Shown here piece after piece: positions 41,008 to 56,826 of a DNA stretch of 64,000 nucleotides. Below the pieces are notes generated by a model that was given only the letters and a program-made list of their open reading frames with translations, had not been told where the DNA came from and searched no databases. This stretch comes from Eledone cirrhosa. Taxonomy: Eukaryota. How positions within the stretch are numbered: the stretch's first letter is position 1; every line of letters starts with the position of its first letter. The stretch is from NCBI GenBank assembly GCA_964016885.1, contig OZ024754.1, positions 37,758,001 to 37,822,000 of the forward strand. Reading direction: 5' to 3'. Position numbers and translations under genes: made by a program.

Positions 41008-41717
41008 GTAAAGTTATCTTTATGAAAAATCTGAATCACTTGCTCCACATCTCTCTCACTCACTCACTCACTCACTCACTCACTCACTCACTCACTCACT
41101 CACTCACTCTCTCCCCTCGCCCCCTCTCTCTCGCTCAGTCACTCTCTCACTTGTTTGTCTAATGTTCTTTCACTGACTGCGTACATGCACATATACGTAT
41201 CTGATATTTTGTTAAGTTTGTGTCTAAATCTAACCTTGGAGAGACATGCTACCTCCTCCTTCAAGCGAATGCTTACATGAGTGAACTCTACTAAAAGTAT
41301 CCAAGAAGTCCAGTTGGGGAGTGTTCACCCGAGGACACTGGATTAATAGTCTGGAAACATTATAAATTTACATTCTGTCCCCTATTTTAGTGGTCTCCAA
41401 TCTTTTTTATACCACGGGCCGGCTTGATGCCAGACTCTCTTTCCGTGGTCGGTCCAGTAGTTGCTCATATGTGTTATTTAAGTACATTTCGATAAAGAGA
41501 GCAATAATAAAAACAGAAATTTATTAAAGTAGATGATTATTGAATATTTAAACAAATCTTTTAAAATTAAAGTCCAATATTCAATTCATCTATTATATAA
41601 TATATAATTTTAAACAAGTTAATTATTTCTTTGTGGCCCGGTAGCAAATGATCTGTGACCTGGTGGTTGCCCTATTTTACATAAGTTATATGTTTCTTTT
41701 GTCTCTTTATTCTTTAG

Positions 41718-41874
41718 GTTATCTCTATGCCTTGTTGTTCACTATGAATTCATTTGGTACAACACTAATGTTACCTCTACTCAATACGATATATTTGAAA
41801 ACATTCACATACTTTCCTGGTGCTGTATTTTGCCCCTATGCCGCAATCGTTTTTATTGCTACAGTCATTCAAAT
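41718..41874 (+). CDS. SLC46-like copy 2, exon 4
   Basis: Homolog of 5378-5534 with intact splice sites. Confidence 0.85.
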
Positions 41875-41981
41875 GTAAGTAGAAAATTCTTTTGTTATTA
41901 TTATTATTTTTAAAAAATTAAATTGATAATTTGATATCTCTATTATTAATAAGTGACGGCACCTGGCTTGGTGGTTAGAGA

Positions 41982-43265
<1,284 letters not shown>

Positions 43266-43384
43266 ATATATATATATATATATATAGGAAGACGATCGAC
43301 TTTCGTCAAATCGGACCGAGGGAACAATGTTTCCGTTGGTCTTTCCAATTGCTAATACTATCTATCGGTCGCAACTCCAGGTAG

Positions 43385-43866
<482 letters not shown>

Positions 43867-43996
43867 GATAAATCTACCAAGAGTTTACCGTAGTGTCCAA
43901 TCCGTATGAAGAACTCAATGTAATCCGGATATCATGGAAAGAAGAGATGCATTCAAAAATCACTTTCGGTGAAAGATAAACGGAATACAGAGTCAA

Positions 43997-44678
43997 GATA
44001 AAATATTTAAAAAATAATGAATAAAACAATGAAACAGTTCCTTATATTAAACAAAAAAAGTTCATTATTTAACGATCGTTTCTAGGACATATATGTGTTA
44101 GAATTGGCATGCATATTCAACAGATCTATGTACAAAATTATACAAAATTATACAAACTATCAAATTTAATATACATACCAACACATATATATGCCGTCTT
44201 CAGAAATAATGAAATATATTTATCTGTAGATTATAAACATACAGAGACATTAGCCCTGAATTTTTGTATTTACATACATTTTTTCGACATGCGTATGCAT
44301 GTGAACATATATTTTTATGCATATCTGTGAACGAAGTTACTTACATATATACACACACCTAACTGTATTTTCTGGACATATTTCTGTGTATTTCATTGGT
44401 CAATTTGAACTCTGTTCCCAAACAGACCTGTAATTTTGAATTGTTGTTATTATCAATAAATATATTTCATTATTTCTGAAGACGGCATATATATGTGTTG
44501 GTATGTATATTAAATTTGATAGTTTGTATAATTTTGTATAATTTTGTACATAGATCTGTTGAATATGCATGCCAATTCTAACACATATATGTCCTAGAAA
44601 CGATCGTTAAATAATGAACTTTTTTTGTTTAATATAAGGAACTGTTTCATTGTTTTATTCATTATTTTTTTAATATTT

Positions 44679-44685
<7 letters not shown>
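43997..44685. repeat. Foldback with ~225-bp arms (PLE pLTR-like; relative at ~7400-7600)
   Basis: 43997-44220 is the reverse complement of ~44460-44685. Confidence 0.8.
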
Positions 44686-44718
<33 letters not shown>

Positions 44719-44837
44719 CAGGAAAGAAGAGTGGCACGGTTTGCTATACAAAAAAAGGTTTTTAACCAACCACTACCCGGAGTACCATAACTGGACTACA
44801 CCTAAGTGGACTGCATATAACAATTATTTGTTACCCC

Positions 44838-44923
<86 letters not shown>

Positions 44924-45604
44924 CTAGATAACGAAGGAAATGTGGTAAGGAACCAGGTGGACCACAACGCACCAAAGTACTCAATACTTAGGGTAGTAGA
45001 GTGGGTAATAGGAACGAGTAGGACCCCGACGGCTGAGCTCAAGCCGTTTCGACGGCTAATTCTAGTCCAGAATTAGCCGTCGAAACGGCTTGAGCTCAGC
45101 TGTCGGGGTCCTACTCGTTCCTATATAGATAGATAGATAGATATAAGTTACCTGGTAATCTTTGGCTATATATATTACCTCTCTAAGACAATGAGACTGG
45201 ATCGAGATCTCTGGAGTCATGCAGTTGTACAGAAGACCCGACTGCCATTGCATACAAACCTACAGTCAGAAGGCACCTCTTAACCCAATGTACAGCCCAC
45301 CCCATATACCCTGCACCATCTTCCCTTTCCCGTTCCGTCCACTGTGTCAATGACACAACAGTCCACACTGTAAGGTGTTTGTGTAGGTGACACGGTAAAA
45401 AGGCTCCCAGCCCACACTGTAAATGTGGTTGGTGTTAGGAAGGGCATCCAGCTGTAATAAAACCTGGCAGACACATTTCCATACGAACGAGACACGGTCT
45501 CCCGACCATTTCCGCATCAAATGGATCCTAACCGTCTAACCCATGCTAGCGTGGAAGGTGGATCTTAAACGATAATGGTAATGATGATGATGATGATGAT
45601 GATG

Positions 45605-45646
<42 letters not shown>

Positions 45647-46190
45647 TTTCTCTGTATACCTGTCAAACAGACACTCATATCATGTGTATGTCTATCGTTA
45701 CATATATACATATATTTACGCACACATTTTCACTGTACACACGCATTTGTACATATATACATATGTATATCTGTGAGTGTATATAGATACATATACACAC
45801 ACCTAAATATATTTCTTAAAATATTTTTTTATTTATTTTATATTTTATATGTCTATTGTATTACCTTCATCTATATATATATATAATTTTTCTTGCATTT
45901 CTTGAGGAGACTTTCAAAATATTTATCTATGTTTTATATTGCCTCGTCCGACGAACGTCTCTTTCGTATTCGTCTTATTCGGAAACCTCTGGTAATGGGG
46001 TAATTATTTTGTATTGATTTTTATACATTAAATTTTGCTCTGGTACTTACATAGAGCACTCTTCACTCCTATGATTTTTTCTATTTTCAACGGAAACTTC
46101 AATACATATATATATATATGTGTATGTATGTATGTATGTATGTATGCATATTCAATCAAACCATGGGTTATATATTTTTTGTTTTAACAG

Positions 46191-46209
46191 TGGACTGCGG
46201 TTTTCATAA
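46191..46209 (+). CDS. SLC46-like copy 2, terminal exon with earlier stop (IGLRFS*)
   Basis: Same acceptor as 14440; GAA>TAA at 46207. Confidence 0.6.
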
Positions 46210-46374
46210 GTTTGGAAGAAAATATGGAGTCGTTAAGGAGAAGCGGTGATAAAAACAGTGTTGCTAATAATTTCAAGATTTATTTACTGCTGCAATTTGG
46301 TCAACTACGAGATGAATAAAACTTCGCTAAAATGACAATGAGGTTTCGTTTTTATTGTGTATATGTATGTGCCA

Positions 46375-46464
<90 letters not shown>

Positions 46465-47054
46465 TGTGTATGTGCCTCTGTGTGTGTGTTGTGTATGTAT
46501 GTGAGAGAGATACGGAGAGAGAGAAGAAAAGAGAGGGAAAGAGATATAGAGAAATATATATAGTTTAAAATATTCTTTAAACTAGACTACGAAACCCCTG
46601 AATTATAAGGCTAAGCCCTGCAGCCGACATAGCCCATGTGTAAATCCAGTACTACCTTGGGACGCCGTTGCTTCAGTGAACAAGTTACCCCCTCTTCTCC
46701 TTTTCATCAAACTGCCTCAAGTTTCCCACCATTGTGCTTACTAATCATTTTTTCAATATTGCTCAACAAACCACGTGTCATTTCCCTGTTCCTCTAAAAT
46801 TATTTAACATTTTTCATACAAAATTATTTGGTTTCAAATTCTGTACTAATATAAATTTTGAATTAAAAGTTCTTGTAATAGCAAGTAATTTGAGTGAGAT
46901 TTAGCTGATATTTTTAGCAGGTTCCTTTACACGTCTTAAGTAAGTGTATATATATATATATATGTATACTTACAAAGATATATGTATATATACACAAATA
47001 CATATATATATATATATACCATTATCATGATATATATATATATATATATATATA

Positions 47055-47322
47055 AAATACGTATTTAAGAAAGCCACAACAATGCAGAGGGAAATCTCGA
47101 GGTAGGAAGTGAAAGATAGATAGGAAAAACAGGTGAAAGTGAAAATTGAGAGAGACAAAGATGAAAACAAAACAAAGGTAGAAGGGTTACCGTAGTAGAG
47201 ATTTAATCCCAATATTTCGGGCTCACGCCCATCAACGGGGGAAAGTTTTTCCTATCTATCTTTCACTTCCTACCTCGAGATTTCCCTCTGCATTGTTGTG
47301 GCTTTCTTAAATACGTATTTTA
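47055..47322. repeat. Foldback inverted repeat (~75-bp arms)
   Basis: aaaatacgtatttaagaaagccac...taggaaaaac pairs with gtttttccta...ttaaatacgtatttt. Confidence 0.75.
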
Positions 47323-47642
47323 CACATTTCACAATGCTTCAAGCAAACTTTAACACCCTCATATATATATATATATATATATAAATTTTAGTACAGCATT
47401 AACGTTAGTTCGCGCCCAAGCTGACGAATGCAAATTCGGTCTGTATATTTAGCACTCGGATGGGGAAAAGTACCCCAGAGTAATAACAATACGTTTAGAC
47501 AGCTTAGCAAATCAAATATAGCGATCGGAGAGTCCAGCCGCATCACCAGAGTAACGAAAATACAGGACTCTGGAAAAATATATATATAAAATAAAGTAAT
47601 TAAGTCAAATATTTAAAATTTGGCTTCGTTTATTAAAGATGT

Positions 47643-47697
47643 ACTGCTATATATATTTCGGTGACAGCCATCATTGGCTGTGACCTCTTCAGGCAGT
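47643..47697 (-). ncRNA. Inverted copy of the same minimal hammerhead
   Basis: Exact reverse complement of 47792-47846 within the foldback 47590-47900. Confidence 0.75.
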
Positions 47698-47791
47698 CCG
47701 AATTGGTGTGGTACCTGTCTCTACCACATGTGTACCATGTGTGGTACCTGTCTCTACCACATGTGTACCTGTCTCTACGACACCAATTCGG

Positions 47792-47846
47792 ACTGCCTGA
47801 AGAGGTCACAGCCAATGATGGCTGTCACCGAAATATATATAGCAGT
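47792..47846 (+). ncRNA. Minimal type I hammerhead ribozyme
   Basis: ACTGC-CTGAAGA-GGtcACAGCCA atga TGGCTGTcaCC-GAAA-TATATA-TA-GCAGT: complete core, stems I and II, palindromic stem/loop III. Confidence 0.75.
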
Positions 47847-47996
47847 ATATCTTTAATAAACGAAGCCAAATTTTAAATATTTGACTTAATTACTTTATTA
47901 AATATTACTCCGGAGTAACCAAACCAACCTGCGTACTTCGCCGAGTGCTCCAATCTGCATACTGAGGTGTCGGTAAACAACCAACATATACTCAAA

Positions 47997-48077
<81 letters not shown>

Positions 48078-48320
48078 GTCGGTACCACAAAACACCCAGC
48101 TCACACTAAAGTGGTTGTGTAGGTGACATGACATAAAGCAACCAGCACACAATGTAAATGTGGTTGGCGCTAGGAAGGGCATCCAGCCGTAGAAAACGAG
48201 CCAGAAAGAGTCGTATATGAGCGAGACACGGTTACCCGACTCAATTTGCCTCTAAATGGGACAAACCCGACTAACCCATGCTAGCGTGGAAGAAAGACTT
48301 TAAACGACGAAGACGACGAC

Positions 48321-48357
<37 letters not shown>

Positions 48358-48578
48358 TATAAATAATTTTGAAAACCGTACAATGCTTTAGAAAATTAAA
48401 AGGGATAAGATAATAAAATTTTACCTTAGCAAATTTTATAATCCCAAATATTTTCGCATTTAAAAATTTACTAAGGTAAGATTATATTGTTATTTTATCA
48501 CTTTTGATTTTCTAATGCATTGTATGGTTTTCAAAATTATTTAAATTTGTGTTTCCTATTCAACAATGCCTCAAGCAA

Positions 48579-48689
<111 letters not shown>

Positions 48690-49067
48690 GGAAAAAATGA
48701 AATTTCATTTCTCACTCTTAGTACGGCTGATACTTAAATATAGGTATGTATACGTACATACATATATGTATACAGACGTACAGTAGTATGTATATATATA
48801 CATACATGCACACATATATATATATGTACGTATGGGTTTACCGAACATTTATTATAATGCTCGGTTTGTTTGTAAACAAACAGCGCGAATTATTAGCCGT
48901 ACAGTGTTCGGCAACCATCGGTGCCTTTTGTTCAACACTGACAAAGGAACAATGAACTAGTTTCTAGCTTATTAGCTGTTATCAGCACCGTATACCTTCC
49001 TGTTAGTTGATTGAACGTTTGAAAGTATATACTTTCCTTATGCATATACTTTCAAACGTTCAATCAA

Positions 49068-49722
49068 CTGATGTTGATGGTGGGGGTGATGGTGGTGGTG
49101 AAGATAATGGTGGTGGCAGTGGTGGCGGCGATTTGGGCGGTGATGGTGGTGATGATGACGACGATAAGAGAAGAAAAGATGATGGGGGTGGGGGTGGTGA
49201 TGATGTTGATGGTGGTGGTGTTGGTGGTGGTGGTGGTGGCGGCGGTGGCGGCGATGACGGCGGTGATGGTGGTGATGGTGATGACGGTGATGGTGATAAT
49301 GACGACGATAAGAGAAGAAAAGATGATGGTGGTGGTGGTGGTGGCGGTGGTGGCGGTGATGGTGGTGATGGTGGTGATGGTGGTGATGGTGATGACGGTG
49401 ATGTTGTTGATGACGACGATAAGAGGAGAAAAGATGATGGTGGTGGTGGTGGCGGTGGTGGTAGTGATGTTGATGGTGGTGATGATGATGGTGGTGTTGG
49501 TGATGATGATAATGGTGGTGGTGGCGGCGGTGCCGGTGGCGGCGGCGGAGATGATGACGGTGATGATGATATGATGACGGTAATGATGATGATGATGATG
49601 ATGATGGTGATGGTGGTGGTGGTGTTGATTGTGGTGATGATAAAAATGGTGGTGGTGGTGGCGGTGGTGATGATGGTGATGATGATGACGATGGTGATGA
49701 TGATGGTGGTGATGATGATTAT
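49068..49722. repeat. (GGT/GAT/GGC)n low-complexity tract with a 3x repeated subunit; shorter homolog at 17940-18062
   Basis: Trinucleotide runs; gatgacgacgataagagaagaaaagatgatgg occurs three times. Confidence 0.85.
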
Positions 49723-50970
49723 GAGGCCAACCATATTTTGGGAAGTGCACTTTATCGACTCCGTAAGGATGAAAGGGAAATCTGACCTCGGCGAGATTTG
49801 AACTCAGAACGTAAAGGGCCATAATTCTATGCCGCTAAGCATGTTGTCCGACGCTCTACTGATTCTGCCAATCCATCACCCTAAGCTAAAAATAAATAAG
49901 AATTAAGTAAAGCTTGTACAGTTACACTGGTAAGCTCGTGATTAAAGAACGAATGATGTTTTTTCTTTCTTTTAATTTACGTGTTTACCGTGTCATTTAT
50001 ATCTCAAGTATTGTCATTTAGTACCCAGTAAGGGTAATTACACTTGCTTTTTCTTCTTCTTGTCCCACTTATTCATGAGAGGGTCGTGTGAGCAGAGTCC
50101 TCAAACACTCCTTCCAGCGGGTTTGTCAGAAGCAACCGTCTCCAACTGGTCTGGATGAAACCCCAAGCGTGACGAGCGAAGCTCAAGGATGTTATCAACC
50201 ATGTTGCTCGGGGTCTACCCCGGAGTCTCCTACCTGTTGGTTTTGCCCATAAAATTTGTCCAACGATTCATTCCTGAGACATTCTAACCACATGTCCATA
50301 TTATCGGAACAATGATCTCTCAATTCGGAGAAAAAAAAACAAAAACAAAACAAAAGGAATCCTAGTTCAAATTTTGTCATTAACAAAAGAAAAAAAAAAG
50401 TTAAATGAATCAGATCTAAACAGATTCTTAGTATTTTTCTTTCCGCCATTTTTTTGCGACAGTTAGAACAAGAACAACGCTATTGCTCGAGAATTTACCT
50501 TTCAATTTTTTTTCCAATTGAAAACGCAACAAGTCACAAATACGAATATTTCCATAAACACACACGCACACACACACACACGCACACACACATACATATA
50601 AACACATGAACATGCCGTCTCCTTATCTTTCGTCAATATTATTTTACGAATTGCTGGCCTTCTGCCAAAAGTAGAAACAATTATTTTACCAAACAATGCA
50701 CTGGGGTAATATTATTTTACCAAACATCTCAGCTACCAACTGTATGTAAGTAAATCAATGGAGAAGGTAGGCAACTGACATATGTTTTCGCTACCTAAAC
50801 ATTTCCTTCGATGCGAATTAAAATTCTCAATGTAGAAAGATAATTTTCGGATAATTTTCGTCCATGCTGATTTAATATAATTTTAAAAGAATTTTACAGA
50901 ACTGTTTGATTTTAACATTACTATTTCGAGGTAAGTAAGCAGTTCGCTTCTTTCAAATGTTAATTACGTT

Positions 50971-51058
<88 letters not shown>

Positions 51059-51062
51059 GAGT

Positions 51063-51205
51063 AAAGGCGCATGGCTTAGTGGTTAGAGCATTGGGCTTGC
51101 AACCGAAAGCCTGTGAGTTCAATTCTCGGACCGAGTGATGTGTTGTTTCCTTGAGCAAGACACTTTATTTCACGTTGCTCCAGTTTACTCAGCTGTAGAA
51201 ATGAG
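51063..51205 (+). mobile_element. tRNA-derived SINE, second family (also ~56908 and ~61630)
   Basis: ggcgcatggcttagtggttagag...gagttcaattc...ccttgagcaagacactttatttcacg. Confidence 0.7.
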
Positions 51206-51538
51206 ATGATAGGGACTGGGGTCCCTATCATTAAATTACCCAAGACACCTCCAACGAGATATACCTTGGAGGAGGCCACCTAAACCTGCATAGGTGGGAG
51301 CTGTCACACACACACACACACATATACATATATACATGCATGCATATATGCATGCATACATACATACATGCATATATGCATGTATGTATGTGTGAGTGTG
51401 TGTGAGTGTATACATACATGCTACATGCATACATACATACACACGCACACACATACACACATACACACACACGCACATACACAAATTCTATTCGAATTCG
51501 TAGAGATATCCGACTAAATACATAAATCATTTTACAAG

Positions 51539-51622
51539 GACTTGATACAAACAACATGGTTCACTACAACAACAACTACACTAAAAATGTACCGAAGACC
51601 AGCAACAAGAAAGGTAAACAAA

Positions 51623-51654
<32 letters not shown>

Positions 51655-52110
51655 GTATACATGATGATGGCTGCCCACTCGTTGTCGAGTATGGCCATTA
51701 CACGATATACCATTCTTAATAATTATTAATTAATTCTATCGTGCAATGCCTGTACGTGAAGATATTTTTTAAAGTGAGGAAAGACTGTACATTGAGCCAA
51801 TCCCACTCTCTGAGCAACAGTAACTATAACCCGAAAGGAAGAAAAGATCAACATCATCGGTAACTACTGAGCCGGAGGTTTTATATCGGAGTTATCCCAG
51901 TTTCCTGAGTTGCCTTCTCCTAGAAGAATGCTCTGACAAAGCTAGGGGTCCTTCACTCCCAGTGGTTTAACCGCGCGATCGGGTGTCCAGCCCGATTATT
52001 TCTATGTTCTCGCGCATATACATAAACATGCACCCATGTATATATACACATATACAACTACATACATACATACATACATACATACATACATACATACATA
52101 CATACATACA

Positions 52111-52141
<31 letters not shown>

Positions 52142-54038
52142 GTACATGTGTATATACATATTTACACACTTTTGGATGGCCGTTGACTCTTATGAGTTCT
52201 TCCGCCCTTTGTAAAAAAAACATGCATACATACATACATACATGCATACATCTTTTAATCGAATTCGTAGAGATATCCGACTAAATACATAATTCATTTT
52301 ACAAGGATTTGCTACGATCATGACTGGACTCAAGAACACCAACAACATTAAGGAAGTACCGAAGAAGAAAATCAAGAAAGGTAAACAAAATTTACATACA
52401 TACATACATCTTTTATTCGAATTCGTAGAGATATCCGACTAAATATATAATTCATTTTACAAGGATTTGCTACAAACAGCATGGCTGAACACAACGGCAC
52501 CAACAAGATTAAGACAGTACCGAAGAAAACCAACAAGAAAGGTAAACAAAATTTACATACATACATACATGCATACATATATATATACATACATCTTTTA
52601 TTCGAATTCGTAGAGATATCCGACTAAATACATTATTCCTTTTACAAGTATTTGCTACAAGGAGGATGGCTGAACACAGCTTCACCAACATCACTCAGGA
52701 AGTACCGAAGAGAAACAACAAGAAAGGTAAACAAAATTTACATATATACATACGTACATCTTTTATTCAAATTCGTAGAGATATCCGACTAAATACATTA
52801 TTCATTTTACAAGGATTTGCTACAAACAACATAAAAGAACACACCAACACCAACAACATTAAGGAAGTACAGAAGGAAAACAACGAGGAAGGTAAACAAA
52901 TTTTACATACATACATATATGTTTTATTCGAATTCGTAGAGATATCCGACTAAATACATAACTCATTTTACAAGGATTTGCTACAAACAACATAGCTGAA
53001 CACAACAACACCAACAACATTAAGGAAGTACAGAAGAAAAACAACGAGAAAGGTAAACAAATTTTAAATACATACATACATCTTTTATTCGAATTTGTAG
53101 AGGTATCCGACTAAATACATAGTTCATTTTACAAGGAGTTGCTACAAACAACATGGCTGAACACGACACCAACAACATTGAGGAAGTACCGAAGGAAAAC
53201 AACGAGAAAGGTAAACAAAATTTACATACATACATATATCTTTTATTCGAATTCGTAGAGATATCCTACTAAATACATACTTCATTTTACAAGGATTTGC
53301 TACAAACATCATAGCTGAACACAACAACACCAACAAGATTAAGGAAGTACCGAGGGAAAACAACGAGAAAGGTAAACAAAATTTACATACATACATACAT
53401 CTTTTATTCGAATTTGTAGAGGTATCCGACTAAATACATAATTCATTTTACAAGGAGTTGCTACAAACAACATGGCTGAACACGACACCAACAACATTGA
53501 GGAAGTACCGAAGGAAAACAACGAGAAAGGTAAACAAAATTTACATACATACATACATCTTTTATTCGAATACGTAGAGATACCCGACTAAATACATAAT
53601 TCATTTTACAAGGATTTGCTAAAAACAGCATGGCTGAACACATCGGCATCAACAAGATTAAGACAGTACCGAAGAAAACCAACAAGAAAGGTAAACAAAA
53701 TTTACATACATACATACGTGTTTTATTCGAATTCGTAGAGATATCCGACTAAATACATAATTCATTTTACAAGGATTTGCTACAAACAGCATGGCTGAAC
53801 ACAGCGGCACCTACAAGATTAAGACAGTACCGAAGAAAACCAACAAGAAAGGTAAACAAAATTTACATACATACATACATGCATACATATATATACATAC
53901 ATACATCTTTTATTCGAATTCGTAGAGATATCCGACTAAATACATTATTCCTTTTACAAGTATTTGCTATAAAGAGGATGGCTGGATACTGCTTCACCAA
54001 CATCACTCAGGAAGTACCGAAGAGAAACAACAGGAAAG
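51539..54038 (+). CDS. Second array of at least 12 putative 75/78-nt repeat exons (copy 3), truncated by the gap
   Basis: Exons start near 51539, 52306, 52464, 52649, 52814, 52975, 53136, 53294, 53455, 53613, 53774 and 53961; e.g. GFATNSMAEHNGTNKIKTVPKKTNKK; same splice context, no stops in the units translated. Confidence 0.7.
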
Positions 54039-54066
54039 GTAAACAAAATTTACATATATACATACG

Positions 54067-54266
54067 NNNNNNNNNNNNNNNNNNNNNNNNNNNNNNNNNN
54101 NNNNNNNNNNNNNNNNNNNNNNNNNNNNNNNNNNNNNNNNNNNNNNNNNNNNNNNNNNNNNNNNNNNNNNNNNNNNNNNNNNNNNNNNNNNNNNNNNNNN
54201 NNNNNNNNNNNNNNNNNNNNNNNNNNNNNNNNNNNNNNNNNNNNNNNNNNNNNNNNNNNNNNNNNN
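54067..54266. other. Assembly gap (200 N)
   Basis: N run; lies where the rest of the array and exons 1-2 of copy 3 would be expected. Confidence 1.
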
Positions 54267-54993
54267 CCTAGCCGAGCGCCAGCCGGACGGGCCAACTAGT
54301 ATTAAAATATATGCGGAAAAATATATCCACTCGTCTATCTAAATATAGGGTATCTTTCACATATTATGTGGTTGTAATTGCTTTAATAAATTAATAGTTC
54401 ACAATTTAATACAATACATTATAATTCTCACCTAAATATTATAAATACTTCCATATTCTTAAAATATTTAAAAAAAATTAAATAAATAAATATAATTATA
54501 TCATTCTTTCTATACCCATGTAAATATGTTTGGGTGTATATATGCATATTTCTATAAATAATTCTAAAATAACTCTACAATATATTTTTCAAATTTAATA
54601 ACAAACCTTTTAAAAAATTTAAATAAATACTTAAAATTTATCTAGCGTCTAAACTTAACGGATCTTTTCAGTTTAACGTTATCTTCATTAGCATATTTCC
54701 CCTGAGTTTTGAAAAATTATATTCGTTATCCTCACTGAACTTATAACATGAAATTCACATGAAGATATGTCACTATCTTTAAACCAAATATTGCATATTA
54801 TCTGACGAAAGCGTACTTGAATATTAGTACCCTTGAAATACGTATAATAAAATAAATATGGTTTTATAAAGATATTTTCCATTTATTAATATTATTGATA
54901 TTAATGATACTCCAGATAAATACTGTTGAGTGCTTCTAATCTGGTGTAAAAAATTAACTTTGTTGAATAATCAACAAACCAAATAACACATTG

Positions 54994-55042
<49 letters not shown>

Positions 55043-55814
55043 TGTATTAATGTTATAATTATGATATTAATGATAGTAGTTATATAGCTTAATGCAGTGG
55101 CGCGGGGGTGGGGGTGGGGGTCACGCAGAGCTGTAATACACATGTTTCATCAGAGTTTATTAAAACGCTTAATAGTAATTCACATAGAAAATATTAGGAA
55201 CATCTAATACATAAAATCACTTCACAAAATGCAAAAGTTTCAAAAGATTTTATCTATTAGATGTTCCTAATATTTTCTGTGTGAATTACTATTAAGTGTT
55301 TTAATAAACTCTGATGAAACATGTGGCTCAGTACAGGTAGAAATGGCTGTCAGTTAAAAATGTTTTAAATCTTTGGTGTTGTTAAAATGTTAATGTGTAT
55401 ATATCATGTTTGATATAGAAATGGCTTCTACATTCATTCAAAAGATGAAACAGTTCAAGTCCTGTAGAAACCATTTCTATATTAAATATGTTGTTTACAC
55501 TCTACTAATGTATTGAGAACCTCGATGGTATTAATTGAACGTTCTACCTCACTCAATGAATCTGCCGAATTGCAGTAATGCAATCAGCTGTTCAGAGTGC
55601 ACACATGTAATTAATAGTAGAAACGGTGGCTGTGTTTTGGTAGAGATAAAACTAGAAATCTCATTATATTCACAGGGTGACCAAAAATGTATACACACTT
55701 TAACACCATTCTAATCAAAGTGTGTATACATTTTGGGGGACACCCTCTGTGTGTGTGCGTCTGTGCTTACGTATTTTATCTTTCAATTTCTCTCATTTTT
55801 ACTAACCTATCTAG

Positions 55815-55898
55815 TTTTGGTCAACAACAACGCTGTCTTTCTGATATTGTATCTGACCATCAGAACCATGTTACCTTCTCTTGAAATTAAATTGCACG
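55815..55898 (+). CDS. SLC46-like copy 3, exon 3
   Basis: Homolog of 4123-4206, splice sites intact. Confidence 0.8.
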
Positions 55899-56669
55899 GT
55901 AAAGTTATCTTTATGAAAAATCTGAATCACTTGCTCCACATCTCTCTCACTCACTCACTCACTCACTCACTCACTCACTCACTCACTCACTCACTCACTC
56001 ACTCACTCACTCACTCACTCACTCACTCACTCACTCTCTCACTCACTCACTCACTCACTCACTCTCTCCCCTCGCCCCCTCTCTCTCGCTCAGTCACTCT
56101 CTCACTTTGTCTAATGTTCTTTCACTGACTGCGTACATGCACATATACGTATCTGATATTTTGTTAAGCTTGTGTCTAAATCTAACCTTGGAGAGACATG
56201 CTACCTCCTCCTTCAAGCAAATGCTTACATGAGTGAACTCTACTAAAAGTATCCAAGAAGTCCAGTTGGGGAGTGTTCACCCGGGGACACTGGATTAATA
56301 GTCTGGAAACATTATAAGTTTACATTCTGTCCCCTATTTTAGTGGTCTCCAATCTTTTTTATACCACGGGCCGGCTTGATGCCAGACACTCTTTCCGTGG
56401 TCGGTCCAGTAGTTGCTCATATGTGTTATTTAAGTACATTTCGATAAAGAGAGCAATAATAAAAACAGAAATTTATTAAAGTAGATGATTATTGAATATT
56501 TAAACAAATCTTTTTAAATTAAAGTCCAATATTCAATTCATCTATTATATAATATATAATTTTAAACAAGTTAATTATTTCTTTGTGGCCCGGTAGCAAA
56601 TGATCTGTGACCTGGTGGTTCCCCTATTTTACATAAGTTATATGTTTCTTTTGTCTCTTTATTCTTTAG

Positions 56670-56826
56670 GTTATCTCTATGCCTTGTTGTTCACTATGAA
56701 TTCATTTGGTACAACACTAATGTTACCTCTACTCAATACAATATATTTGAAAACATTCACATACTTTCCTGGTGCTGTATTTTGCCCCTATGCCGCAATC
56801 CTTTTTATTGCTACAGTCATTCAAAT
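56670..56826 (+). CDS. SLC46-like copy 3, exon 4
   Basis: Homolog of 5378-5534, splice sites intact. Confidence 0.85.

Noticed and set aside
49007-49801. Gly/Asp-rich 264-aa ORF with repeated DDDDKRRK
   Set aside because: Trinucleotide low-complexity DNA open in several frames, running into a SINE; the paralogous site (17940-18062) is much shorter.
51063-51140. tRNA gene
   Set aside because: A/B boxes are followed by a SINE core and there is no clean acceptor stem; these are SINE heads.
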